A DNA stretch of 64,000 nt from assembly GCF_006345805.1 (NCBI RefSeq), contig NC_043007.1, forward strand, positions 19,220,001 through 19,284,000. The letters are read 5' to 3'. The DNA comes from Octopus sinensis. Taxonomy: Eukaryota. Below the pieces are notes generated by a model. It made no database searches, had not been told where the DNA came from, and was given only the letters and a program-made list of their open reading frames with translations. This document shows positions 10,983-23,595 of the stretch, in pieces; position 1 is the stretch's first letter, and each line of letters begins with the position of its first letter. The position numbers were made by a program, and so were the translations under genes.

Positions 10983-11813
10983 AGATCACATCTGGCCAAT
11001 TTGAACATAAAATAAATAGAATATCTGAGTTGGACATGGTCAGTTTAAATGCTAAAAGGTTAAATAAGAAAAGCAGTTTGGAAATGGTAAAATTAAAACT
11101 TTAAAATGCCAAAATCGATTTCCATTTCAAGGGAAAACTTTCAGAGAAAACTAAATCTATTAATCTTATTAATTATAAACGTCAAATGAAGAGGAAGATT
11201 GCTTAGCAACCGCGTGGTTTCAGGTTCAGTCTCACAGCATGGCATCTACTATAGCCCCCGGCTGATCAATGCCTTATGAGAAAATTCGATTGGAGAAAAC
11301 TGTGTCGAAGCCTGTATAGTGTGTGTGTGTGTGTGTGTGTGTATCTTCGCCCCAGCACTTGCCAGTCGATGTTTACGTCTCCGTGACTTAGAGGTTCGGC
11401 AAAACGGACTGACAGAATTAGTGCCAGGCTTATAAATATAAGAACTGGGGTCGATTAGTTGAAGCAAACCCTTTAAGTCTATGTCCCAGCATGGCCGCAG
11501 TCCAATAACTGAAAAAAATATTTATAAAAAGAGGGGAAGAAACCATCCCCTTTACATGGAAAGAGGGGGGAAAAGACGAACTAAAGAGTTTTCTCCCTTT
11601 AACTACGTTCTCACAGGCCAGGACGCGTTGTTTTAAAATTTTTATTAAAGATTTATACAGAGGAGTGGCTGTGTGGTAAGTAGTTTGCTTACCAACCACA
11701 TGGTTCCGGGTTCAGTCCACTGCGTGGCACCTTGGGCAAGTGTCTTCTACTATAGCCCCAGGCTGATAAAAGCCTTGTGAGTGGATTTGGTAGACGGAAA
11801 CTGAAAGAAGCCC

Positions 11814-11863
<50 letters not shown>

Positions 11864-12974
11864 ATGTGTGTGTGTGTTTGTGTGTCTGTGATTGTCCCCC
11901 CAACATCGCTTGACAACCGATGCTGGTGTGTTTACGTCCCCGTAACTTAGCGGTTCGGCAAAAGAGACCGATAGAATAAGTACTAGGCTTACAAAGAATA
12001 AGTCCTCGGGTCGATTTGCTCGACTAAAGGCGGTGCTCCAGCATGGCCGCAGTCAAATGACTGAAACAAGTAGAAGAGTAGAAGGATAGGTTTCGGACAC
12101 GCCTTTTTGCAGGGGTTTCCATGACAACGACCTATAAGCTGTTCCGCCGTAGGAGGTAACCTTCCAAAACACCGAGTAGTACCAGATTGGAGACCTGACT
12201 GATATCTTGTACCATAGGGAACTCTGCTATAACGGCAAGGGCGCCTCTGACCTGATCGCCCGACCTACTTGAAATAGTGGCTTAAATCTCTCTCATATTG
12301 TAAGTAACCTCTTTTTTTTACTTGTTTCAGTGATTTGGCTATGGCCATGCTGGAGCACCGCCTTTAGCCGAGCAAATCGAACCCAGGACTTATTCTTTGT
12401 AAGCCTAGTACTTATTCTATCGGTCAATTTTGCCGAACAGCTAAGTTACGGGGACGTAAACACACCAGCATCAGGTGTCAAGTGATATTGGGGAAACAAA
12501 CACAAACACACAACATACACACATGCGTACACACACACATACACATATATATATATATATATACGTATATACGACGGGCTTCTTTCAGTTTCCGTCTACC
12601 AAATCCACTCACAAGGCTTTGGTGGGCCCGAGGCTATAGTAGAAGACACTTGCCCAAGGTGCCACGCAGTGGGACTGAACCCGGAACCACACAGCCACTC
12701 CTACGCCTATATAACCGTTTAAAAAAGAGGAAGGACGTTTAATACCATACTCTTGGATATATTGTGTCTGAAATAAACGAACAGAGTGAGAGAAACAATA
12801 AGGAAATAGATGTAAATGTCACGGTTGGAATGTCTTTGTCCATAAGTTTGTTTGGTCAGGTCTGACCACAGGGTAAAGAACACCCGCAACAGGGCTACAA
12901 CTAAAACCTTTGCGGCGTTTCTACAGGGCCTCACTCAACTTGCTAGAAATAACAACTAAATGTTCTTCAAAGTA

Positions 12975-13352
12975 TTGGGTTGTCCGGAAAGTTCGTGCCG
13001 ATTTTTAAACGAAAGAAAAAGGTCAATAAATACTTGCCATTACATTTTTAATCAACCAAATATGAACCATTTTGTTGCATAATGCGTCTCCATCTTTCCT
13101 TTAACTTGAAAATACCTATTTCTTTATTACCCACAAAGGGCTAAACATAGAGGGGACAAACAAGGACAGACATAGGTATTAAGTCGATTACATCGACCCC
13201 AGTGCGTAACTGATACTTAATTTATCGACCCCGAAAGGATGAAAGGCAAAGTCAACCTCGACGGAATTTGAACTCACCCTCTTTTCAGAACTGAGGTGGT
13301 TTCATGGCAAAGAATTCATCAAGGTATCTTTTTATGTCGTCCAAGGAATTCC
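12975..13352 (-). mobile_element. Partial copy of the same mariner, interrupted by a SINE at ~13116-13276
   Basis: TA plus the same TIR; sequence collinear with 18133-18350 on both sides of the insertion. Confidence 0.85.
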
Positions 13353-14174
13353 GTATGGGTGAATTGTTGCTATTCTGTGATACATATTTGCTGCAAGGTG
13401 AACTGTGTGCTGTTTGAGAATTTAGTGCATTGGTCACAGACACCGGATATAAACATCGCTTGCATCGATTTTTTTTTCTTTGTTTGATGGATGTCCTGCC
13501 GTAATCAATCGATTCATCCGAGCCACTACACACATACAGATACCATACGGTTGTCCGTCCGCACAGAGTCACACAAACACGACTGCATGTACACACACAC
13601 AACCATGCATACACTGTGCATTGCTGCACCATTAAAGCTAACGAGGGTGTTACTACACGAGAGCTCAACATATTAGGAATATCGGCTAAACTCCACTAAA
13701 ATCGCTTCATGCTGTCTTAGATAAGTTAGGACAGCCGCAGCTAAAACCCCTTCGGTAATAGATTTGCTCAAGGAGAACTGACAAGGAAAAAAGCCGGAAT
13801 ATCAGTGATGAACAGGGTGTGTTGGCAAGGGAGATCACCCATGTTAGCATAGAACTGGTAGAAATGTTATTCAGCCAAAAGACACTCCTGTTGGAACAGA
13901 CTTATGACCAAAGGTGTTCTAGCCACGATTGCCTTAGTTTCTGTAAACCTAGGATGACAGTGAGGTTTGGCTGCTGTATCTAGCTGATTCAACGACCACA
14001 TTAATGCTCCCTTGTATCAGTAAGAGAAATGAGATTCAGTGATTTAGTTAGACTTTGTGTTTTAGAAGTTGATGCGGAAGTTTGCACTTTGTTACATATA
14101 AAATTATTTCTTTCGAATAGACACATTGTCCCTTTCCAAATCCAACCCCTTTTTGTTTTTAGTGAAGAGTATCA

Positions 14175-14465
14175 TCACCATCATCATCATCATCGTTTAA
14201 CATTCGCTTTCCATGCTAGCATGAGTTGGACGATTTGACTGAGGACTGGCGAACCAGATGGCTGCACCAGGCTCCAATCTTGATCTGGCAAGGTTTCTAC
14301 AGCTGGATGCCCTTCCTAACGCCAACCACTCCGAGAGTGTAGTGGGTGCTTTTACGTGCCACCGGCACGAGAACCAGTCAGGCGGCACTGGCAACGGCCA
14401 CGCTCAAATGGTGTTTTTTTACGTGCCACCTGCACAGGAGGCAGTCCAGCGGCACTGGCAATGAC
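14175..14465 (-). mobile_element. Retroposon family C with (GAT)n tail; representative copy
   Basis: ...ggagtggttggcgttaggaagggcatccag...gacgttaaacgatgatg. Copies near 9280, 42100, 45175, 48765, 52812, 53810, 54490, 62710. Confidence 0.8.
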
Positions 14466-14874
14466 AAGTTTTATTTAATATAAGCAATCAAATCGACCTC
14501 AAAATATCACCAACCATTCTACTTATTTTGGACAGACGGAAAACACACAGAAGCCAGACAGAATTTGAACTCAGAACAGTGAAATATCAAGTTAATTACA
14601 GAGAAGCCTCAATACTAAATGTGATAAAAGTCGCAACAAAAGAATCCTTCCTCTTCTATAAATTCCTCTCCCAACAGATATTTTATAAAGTATTTGCTAA
14701 CGTGCTATTAACCCAAACATCGCCACACTTTTGGTTGTAGCTGAACATATGCGTGAGACTGAAGTGTGGCCAATAGTTACATTCAGGAACAGAATCCAAG
14801 CTCCACGCGTATCTCCCCAGAAGCTCGACGCCACGCTATGATGCATGCATTCACTACATTTAGTTTAATTCATC

Positions 14875-15293
14875 GGATATTTTCGGTTTGAACGGCAGTT
14901 TTTAACATAATTTCTAGGTAACTAAAAAATTTTAAACTTCGTATACTGGTAGAATGTGTTTATAAAACATCTTTTTCTCTTGGCTTTATTGAGAAAATTC
15001 TATAGTTTGTAAGATATTTGTTGGTTTTTTTTCTTCAATTTCTGCAATTTCAACCAAACAAATACGTCTATTGGGGTAAAAAACATTCTGTGCCGTATGA
15101 ATATGTCCCTCGTTTAAGAATCAGATTGGGTTTATTTACATTTGTGAAGAAAAAAAAGATACCCTTTCCTCCACCCCTAACCCTAACCCTAAAACAGTTT
15201 GAAATGCAATAGATCGATACTAGGGTCATAATTATGGGTGACAATTTCATATGACACCGCTAGAAAAAACTGCCGTTCAAACCGAAAAGATCC
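14875..15293. mobile_element. 419-bp MITE with ~29-bp TIRs starting GGAT and an 8-bp TSD (Merlin-like?)
   Basis: TIR ggat(a/c)ttttcggtttgaacggcagttttt; perfect TSD aattcatc (14867-14874, 15294-15301). Confidence 0.88.
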
Positions 15294-16139
15294 AATTCAT
15301 CTTCTAATGTAATAATTCTGTTTCTGGCACACGGCCAGCAATTTTTTGAGGAGAGGGGAGAAGTCGATTACATCGACTCTAATGTTCAGCTGGGACTTAT
15401 TTCACCGACTCGTAAAAGAGGAAAGACCAAATCAAGCTCAGTGGTATTTGAACTCAGAACGTAAAGAGCCTGTCACCATGGATCAGTATGTGTGGTTGCC
15501 TGATGTTGTCGAGGTGGTGAACGAAGACATACTTCGTTGGTTGCATGAATAATTGATGCAAAACCTGCGAACATTTAATTCTTTTGTTGAGACATTTAAC
15601 TGAAATATTTATTGTTGCACATAAAGATGGTTGTCGATGGAGATTTACAGTTAACGATATTAATAATTACAGACTGGGAGAGAAACACTGTTCTGAGATT
15701 GCAGAAAGTTATCTTTACAACAATATGTCGGTTTAGCACATACGAAATCACTGCGTTCTCTTCGTAGCGACAAATGTCCTTGGTTGTCTGGCTTAGGCCG
15801 TGTGCACAAATATCTGGAATCATTAGAGAGATAAGAGTAGAGGAACCTGTCGCTGAGCTGCCTTCGACATTTTGCCTGGCAAGAAGAAAGACTTATGATT
15901 GAGTCGGCCGCTCTCAACGCTCTGCAAAGAGTTTAGGCGCCAAAACGGATTTTTCAGAGATTTCCTGACACGGATTTTCACTATTTTATCTCGGCAATAT
16001 TTTCCGTTCACACATCTGACCCCAAAGGGCATATTTCAAAAACGTATACATTATACTACTTCTACAGTTCTTTTAAGTCACTCTAATTTTATTTTTATGG
16101 ACAACAAACAAAAAAATATGTTTGCCAACCAACATGGAC

Positions 16140-17050
16140 ACTCGTGTCTGTTAGCCCACTCAACATCTACATACCGTGTCTATTTACGCAGCTAATTTCC
16201 ATACACTGTGTTTATTTGCTCAGCCAATATAAACACTGCACCTATTTGTCTCACAAATATCTACACACTTCATCGATTTGTCCAGTTAATTTCTACACAC
16301 CGTATCTGTTTACCCAGTCAGTATCTATATACCAAGTCTATTTGCCCATCTAATATTCATATATCAATATATTGTGTTTATTTGCTCAGCTAACATTCGT
16401 ACATGGAGTCTATTTGTCCAGCCAATATAGACAAACTGCGACTATTTGTCTAGCAAATATCTATAAACTGCATCTATTTGCCCAGTTAATATTCACATAC
16501 TCCGTTTATTTGCTGAGTCAACATCTACAAACCGTGTTTATTTGGCCATTTAATATCTACTTACCACATCTATTTGCCCGTCCATATTTACCCTTCCCGC
16601 CTAACTACAGATCATGTATACAATATCCAATTCGTCTCACCGATGTCTACACACCGTGTCTGTTTGTTTAGCCAATCAATAACTACACACCGCACCTATT
16701 TGCCCATCCACATCTGCCCTCCATGCCTATCTACATATCATATACACGATATCTATCCAGCTAAACAACATTTATCCACCGTGTGTCTATCTAGCTGTAT
16801 AAAACTAGCCATGTGCATCCAACTGAGATTTATAATTCATGTCCATCACGCAACCAGTCACCATCCACCAGCCACTATCTAACGGTTGAAGAGGAACAAT
16901 ATATATGTATTTATATATTATATATTATTATTATATATATATACAATCTGTGTCTATCCAGTTGATATCTTTCATAGGCTGTGCTTATCCGACAGAGATC
17001 AATAAACTGTGTCTATCTGATCAATATCCACAGATATTGGTGCCTATCTA
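16140..17050. repeat. Degenerate ~32-bp minisatellite
   Basis: A tattt(g)-like core recurs at 16181, 16213, 16243, 16275, 16307, 16339, 16379, 16411, 16443, 16475, 16507, 16539, 16571. Confidence 0.8.
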
Positions 17051-17347
17051 GCAGGCAAAAAACATTCCGTATTGGAAAGAAGGAACAAGTGATGCTGATG
17101 GAAAACTAATCAATGGAAACTCTGCTATATTCTAAGACTCGAATTTCATCAGTGAACAGACACCCTCTCACTCGGTTCCCCTCCCCCCGCTCCCGCCTAT
17201 CTGTTTCAATCTTTCTCTGGTTTAACCCCCCACCACCTCACTGACACTTGCCCCCGTATCAATAACAGAAGCCTCCCCTTCGTCTTCTCCCACCTCAACT
17301 ACACTTTCGTACCACTCTCCCTTACCCCCTACCTTTCTTTCTTTCTT

Positions 17348-17380
<33 letters not shown>

Positions 17381-18132
17381 CCGCCATCGATACCATAATT
17401 CCACCAATAATAGATATTCTTTGATCGCTAACTCACTTTCATAGACGCCCACCCCCATTTTGCTCCCCCTCTTCTCTTCACTTTTCCTCCCCCATCATGG
17501 TGGCGACATTAATAAACTCACTCTCTCTCTCTCTCCCTCCTTCTCTCCCTTACAATTCTTCGCTGCCAATTACCATAGTTCTGAGACTGATAAAAATATT
17601 ACACAAAATAACAAAATTGAGAAAAAATACGGGAGGGTAGCGACCTGCCAACTAAATACAGTAGCGTCTCACATATGTAATAGAGTCAGTTGGAAAAAAA
17701 TCGATTAAATTCGATTATCTATACACTTAGCAGACGAAAACTCCCTCTAAGAAACATCAAAGAAGGGAGATAATTCCAATAAGATCAATTAATTGAAATT
17801 TTGTTAAAATTTAAAACCAACAAAATGGTAGAGGACACATTTCTGTTTTATTGGATTTATTGAAGCAGATTCTCCTTGGCAAATATCACTGTCTTGGGCC
17901 CCGGGGCCAGCTGTCCGGTTTCCATGGCGTATAAGTAACCGAAATCACAATTTTTTTTCATTGAACAAGACGCCAGTCCGTCGCAGGGTGACCGATTTAC
18001 AGCTGAGTGGACTGGGGCAATGTGAAATGAAGCGTTTTCTTCAAGAACACATAACACCGTCCAGTTCCGGAATTGAAACCATGATCTCGCAACTGTGAGC
18101 ACAACACCCTAACCGCAAAGGCTAGTAATATA

Positions 18133-18698
18133 TTGGGTTGTCCGGAAAGTTGTTGCCGATTTTTAAAGGAAAGAAAAAGGTCAATAAATACTTGCCGTCA
18201 CATTTTTAATCAACCAAATATGAACCATTTTGTTGCACAATGCGTCTCCATGTTTCCTTTAACTTGAAAATACCCTCTTCCCAGAATTCAGGTGGTTTCA
18301 TGGCAAAGAATTCATCAAGGTATCTTTTTATGTCATCCAAGGAATTGAAATTTTTACCATGAAGACTATTCTGCAGAGACCTGAATAAGTGTAAATCCGA
18401 AGGAGCAATATCTGATGAATATGGAGGGTGGGGTAACACATCCCAGCCGAACTGCAGCAATTTTTGTCTGGTTTCCAAAGCATCAAGTGCCGAAAATGAA
18501 CTTTCTTATCTTCCATTTTAAAGGGTTACTGGATTAACACAGGTTATAGGAACATAAACCTTCTTCCACGAAAAGATAGCTTAAACTGTGCTCTAAATGG
18601 AGGTTTAGTCAAATCCTATCTTATGGACCCAACCATGTTCTAAAATAAGTCGAAAGGTAAACTACGATAAATCGGCACGAACTTTCCGGACAACCCAA
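18133..18698 (-). mobile_element. Internally deleted mariner (Tc1/mariner) element
   Basis: ~30-bp TIRs (ttgggttgtccggaaagt / actttccggacaacccaa) with TA on both flanks; encodes the transposase C-terminus WDVLPHPPYSSDIAPSDLHLFRSLQN. Confidence 0.93.
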
Positions 18699-19064
18699 TA
18701 TTTAATTGACTAAAAGCTTCAAGGAGGTGCCCTTGAATAACTGAGACGACAGAATAACAGAATACAAGTTCGACTAGAGGAAACCATTCTTGTTGTTTAA
18801 CCTTAGGTCGGCTTTGGGATCGTAAGCAGACTCAGTCCTAAAGGTATTCTGGTCATCATTCACGCATCTTTTCGATCAGACATGTATCTAAAAGTACATA
18901 ATTAAATGCAGTGATTGTCGACCATTTTTACCAGCAGCACATTTAGGAGCAGATGAAAATATTGCGGCTCACTTGATACAAAAACAAAAAAATTACTTTT
19001 AAAAAGTATAATTTTAAATGTTTTTATGGCGTAAAACTATAAATTGTTAGAAAAGTCATGAATG

Positions 19065-19428
19065 TAGCGAATGTGGAGGTATTATTTTCAGTTGTATTTG
19101 TTTGTTTGTTTGTCCATGGACAAGATATCTCAAGAACTGTTGGATGAATTCGGATGAAACTTTCGTGGATGTTTGACCTCGTGACTGGCACAAACTGATT
19201 AGATTTTGGGATCGATCCAGTACTGGACAAGGATTCTGGATTATATTTCCTGTTTTTTTTTTTTTTACTTAATTTTTGAGAGTAGTTGGGTTCATTTTTA
19301 GTATTCTCGTTCGTGAGAGCAATCGAGTATATTTCAGATATTCTCATTTTAAAAATCATCTCCAGCTAATCGTTGAGGGGACATTGGTGTTGCCTTGGCG
19401 GAGGTTTGCGCTCTCTGAGTGCTCTTGT
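19065..19428 (+). mobile_element. HINE/DINE-like element (second family)
   Basis: (tttg)n, then ggacaagatatctcaagaac...gatgaaacttt; 3' end ccttggcggaggtttgcgctctctgagtgctcttgt with a hairpin. Partial copy at ~53232-53420. Confidence 0.55.
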
Positions 19429-21110
19429 CTTTAAATGAATTCTTCAAAAAGAACATAGTGCTACCACGTGTCATTCTTTAATTGCATGTGTCTATAATTA
19501 TTAACTTATCGTTGGCGCAGGCGTGGCTTTGTGGTAAAAAGTTCGCTTCCAAACCACATGGTTCAGAGTTCAGTCCCACTGCATGGTACCTTGAGTAAGT
19601 GCCTTCTATTATAACCTTTGGCCGACCAAAGCCTCGTGAGTGGATTTGGTAGACGGAAACTAAAAGAAACCGTATGTGTATATGTATGTGTGTATGTGTG
19701 TGTGCGTGTGCCTTTGTGGACGTGTTCATCCCCTACCAGCGTTTGACAGTGAAGGTGTGTTTATTGCCTTATAACCGAGCGGTTCGGCCAAAGAGACCGA
19801 TAGGATAGGTAACCGGCTTAAAAAAAATAAGCGCGTGGATCGATTCGTGTGACAAAAGTTCTTCAAGGTGGTGCCCCAGCATGGCCGCAGTCCAATGCCT
19901 GATTCAAATAAAAGATGAAAGATAAATGTATGCAAGAGTGTTGTTGTTGTTGCCGAAATGGCCACATGGAATGTTCTCGACGATACGGATGTCTCCAGAA
20001 GGAACGCAAAATGGATGTGCTTTGTTGTAATCTTTCTTTTACTCTCTTGTCTCAGCGATTGGACTGCGGCCATGCTGGTGCACTGCATTGAAGCGTATAA
20101 TCGAACAAATAGACCCCCCCCCACCAGTGTATTTCTATCGGTCTCTCTTGCTGAAACGCTAAGTTACAGGGATGTAAACAAAGCAACACCTGTTGTCGAG
20201 CGGTGGTGAGAGACACACACAACACAAACATAAAGACACACGTGCGCGCGCACACACACACACACACATATATACGATGGGCTTCCACGCAGTTTCCGTC
20301 TATTTACTGAACCTCTCTTTCGTTTCAGAAAACGATAAAAATATTCTATGACACTTGCTCACAGACAAACAACAGAAAGCACACACACACACACACACAC
20401 ACACGCTCGCACACACGCACACACACGCACACACACATACACACGCACACACACGCACACACACACGCATACACACACACATGCATACACACACACATGC
20501 CTACACACGCACACTCACACACACACGCACACACACACACACACACACGCACACACACACACACACACACACGGATGTTTGTATGTGTGTGTGTGTGCGT
20601 GTGTGTGTGTGTGCGTGTGTGTGTGTGTGCGTGTGTGCCAAACATCAATCAATAAGCCGGACTTCATTTTTCCCAGAACAAACAAAAAAACCCGAGATCA
20701 GTGTTTTAATAATTGACGTATCAACAGCGAATGTCTATTGTGGCAAGGAAACAAATCGAAAAAGGAGAAGAAAAGAAAAAAAGAAAAAATAGAAAAAGAA
20801 AAATGGCAAGCAACAGCAATTATTGAGGCTTTTCAATTAATGGACATTAAAAAGCAAAGAAAAACGGGAAAAACACGTGCCAGAACCATCGCTTTTGTAA
20901 TGGTTACAACCAAAATGATATACAATCGCTTCTGATGTCCTGACATCGTCATGTTAGTTGAAAGGACTGCGAAGAGACATTGCACCCCATTCCAACCAAC
21001 ACCTTGGCAGGGTGGGTTGTAGACAGAACTGGTACTCCGTCGGTTATGACGACGAGTGTTCCAGCTGGTTCGATCGACGGAACAGCCTACCCGTGAAAAT
21101 AATGTGCAAG

Positions 21111-21818
21111 TACTAGCGTAGCTAGAGGCTGTGCCGTCCGGGGCGCGAAAAAAATTTTTTCCCACGAGAGTTCCGGACCCCAGTTATGGACTCATTTGCA
21201 TACAGCCAATCATAGCTCAGTTATCAAACTAATTTATGAGCGTATAACAAGCGATGGGCGATAAGATACGGTCCCTTGGGTAAGGAATGACCATGCTTCT
21301 TTTCACTTTTAATAATGTTTGTTGTTCTTGTTCTTGTTTCAACCATGGATGCCTCTGCGTAGTTATTTGTGTTGTTGTTTACTTTGTAAAACAGTAAAGG
21401 GGAGAGGGTTGCTAGCACATCACCCTCTACCCACATTTTTCCCATCCGCATCTTTACCATATGGGGCCCTAACAAAATCCGATAACAGGTATAGATGCAA
21501 ATCTATCCAATCACTTGTCTCCTTCTAAAATCAGGCATAACTTGGCGATCGGTCGACTTACAACATCGTTCTTCATCTCGAGTTTACTTGATAAAAGTGT
21601 GTTTGTTAACATAAGGTCAGGGTGAGCTCTGATTGGCTGTATGCAAATGAGTTAAATATTGGGGTCCAGAACTCTCGTGGGCAAAAAAATTTCGCACTCG
21701 GAGCGACCCTTACGTTTGCCGCCCCCGTACCCCACAAAAAACACATATTGCCTGCAGCAGACCCAAAGGTGGTGCCCCTTTAAAATTGCCCCCCGCCCCA
21801 TACCTTGCTACGCTAGGG
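21111..21818. mobile_element. hAT-type MITE inserted in a tRNA-SINE
   Basis: 8-bp TSD tgtgcaag (21103-21110, 21819-21826); TIR core tagcgtagctag / cttgctacgcta; the host SINE continues across the insertion. Confidence 0.8.
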
Positions 21819-22289
21819 TGTGCAAGTGGCTGAGTACTCCACAGACATGCGTAACCTTAATGTAGTTTTGGGTGAGGTGAGACGGGAGAGGGATGACGCC
21901 CCACCCCCACCGCACTTCTCCACCATCACCACCACCACCACCACAACCACAGCTACGCTACCGAATTCTCACGAAGAATTTGTTAACCTTGAAAATTTAC
22001 CTGTACGTATTTTCCAAACTTGCACCTGATTCTTTCAGGTGTAAGAAGAGGAAACAAACTGTCGCATCCATCAAACCGTAAATTATAATGATAATAATAA
22101 TAATAATAATAATAATTATAGTAATGATGATGATGATGATGATGATAATAATGGTGATGATGAAGATCATGGTGATGATGATAATGATGTCAAGTTGTTC
22201 CCCAAACAGAAGGAATTTCGGAGAAGGCGTTCTGTAAGTTAAGAGATCAATATAGTATTGGAAACTAAAATTGGATTGGAATGAAGTCA

Positions 22290-22819
22290 AAGAGTTTAGA
22301 CGGGAGAGAAATGTCTTGGAGAAAGTCGTTGAGTTATTGTGTGAAGGGTGAGGGGAGAGGAAAGAGGAGAGATAGATAGAGAGAGGGGGGAGAGGGGAGA
22401 TGGAGATGAGAAAGAAGGGTGGTGGAGAGTGAGAGGGATGAGGAGAGGAAAAGAGGGTAGGAGAGTTAAAGATAAGAAATAGAGAGAGGAGAGAGGAGAG
22501 AGAGAGAGTTGAAGGGAAAATAAAATAAAAAAGATAGAATGGAAGTGAAAGGAAGGAAAACGAAAGTGTAAGAGAGAGAGAGAGAGATTCAGGACGATGG
22601 AGATGAGAGACAAGGGTGGTGGAGAGAGGGATGAGGAGAGGAAAAGAGGGTAGGAGAGTTAAAGATAAGAAATAGAGAGGAAGAGAAAGAGAGGGAGAGA
22701 GAGAGCAAGGAGAAGAGAGAGATTTGTATGGAAGAGAAAGAGAGATATAGTGTGAGGAAGACGAGAGTGAGAAGGGGAGCGAATGGATGGGAGGGAGGGA
22801 GAGTCTGAGAGAGAGAGAA

Positions 22820-22870
<51 letters not shown>

Positions 22871-22960
22871 TCTAACCAAATACGTCTGCTTTAACATTTT
22901 GAAAAGGAGTATTTTGTTGTCAAAGCAAAGGTGATGGGGGTGGATAGAGAAGGAGAGAGA
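22290..22960. repeat. Polypurine (GA-rich) low-complexity tract
   Basis: Strongly purine-skewed on +, with an internal ~80-bp duplication. Confidence 0.9.
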
Positions 22961-23029
22961 GGGTGTGTGTGTGTGCATGTGTGCATGTGTGTGTGTGAGT
23001 ATATCTGTGTGTATGTCTGTTCATATATA

Positions 23030-23595
23030 AGTGTCCGTGTATGTATGTATGCGTGTATATATGTATGTATGTGTGTGTGTATGTGTGTATGTATGTATGT
23101 GTGTGTATGTATGTATGTATGTATGAATGTATGTATTTTTCTCTTTTTTCTCTTTTTTTCTAGTTTCAGCTTATGAGCTGTGGCCATGCTGGGGCACCGC
23201 CATTAATGTATGTATGTATGTATGTATGTGTATGTATGTATGTATGTATGTATATATGTATGTATGTATGTGTTTGCATGTATGTGTATGTACGTATGTA
23301 TGTATGTATGCATGTATGTATGTATGTGTGTATGTATGTATGTGTGTATGTATGTATGTATGTATGTATGTATGTGTATGTGTGTATGCATGTATGTATG
23401 TATGTATGCGTGTATGTATGTTTGTGTGTATGTGTATGTATGTATGTATGTATGTATGTATGTATATGTATGTATGCGTGTATGTATGTGTGTGTGTATG
23501 TATGTATGTATGTATGTATGTATGTATGTATGTATGTTTGTATGTATGTGTGTGTGTATGTATGTATGTATGTATGTGTGTGTGTGTGTATTATA
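23030..23595. repeat. (TATG)n microsatellite, interrupted by a short SINE tail
   Basis: Direct read. Confidence 0.95.

Noticed and set aside
13360-13500. RKKNRCKRC...PCSKYV on the minus strand, resembling a piggyBac Cys-rich tail
   Set aside because: Too few Cys positions are retained and no adjoining transposase is recognisable without an HMM search.
15600-16075. Non-repetitive-looking block with several short overlapping ORFs
   Set aside because: No frame gives a recognisable protein and there are no convincing splice sites; probably an old TE fragment.
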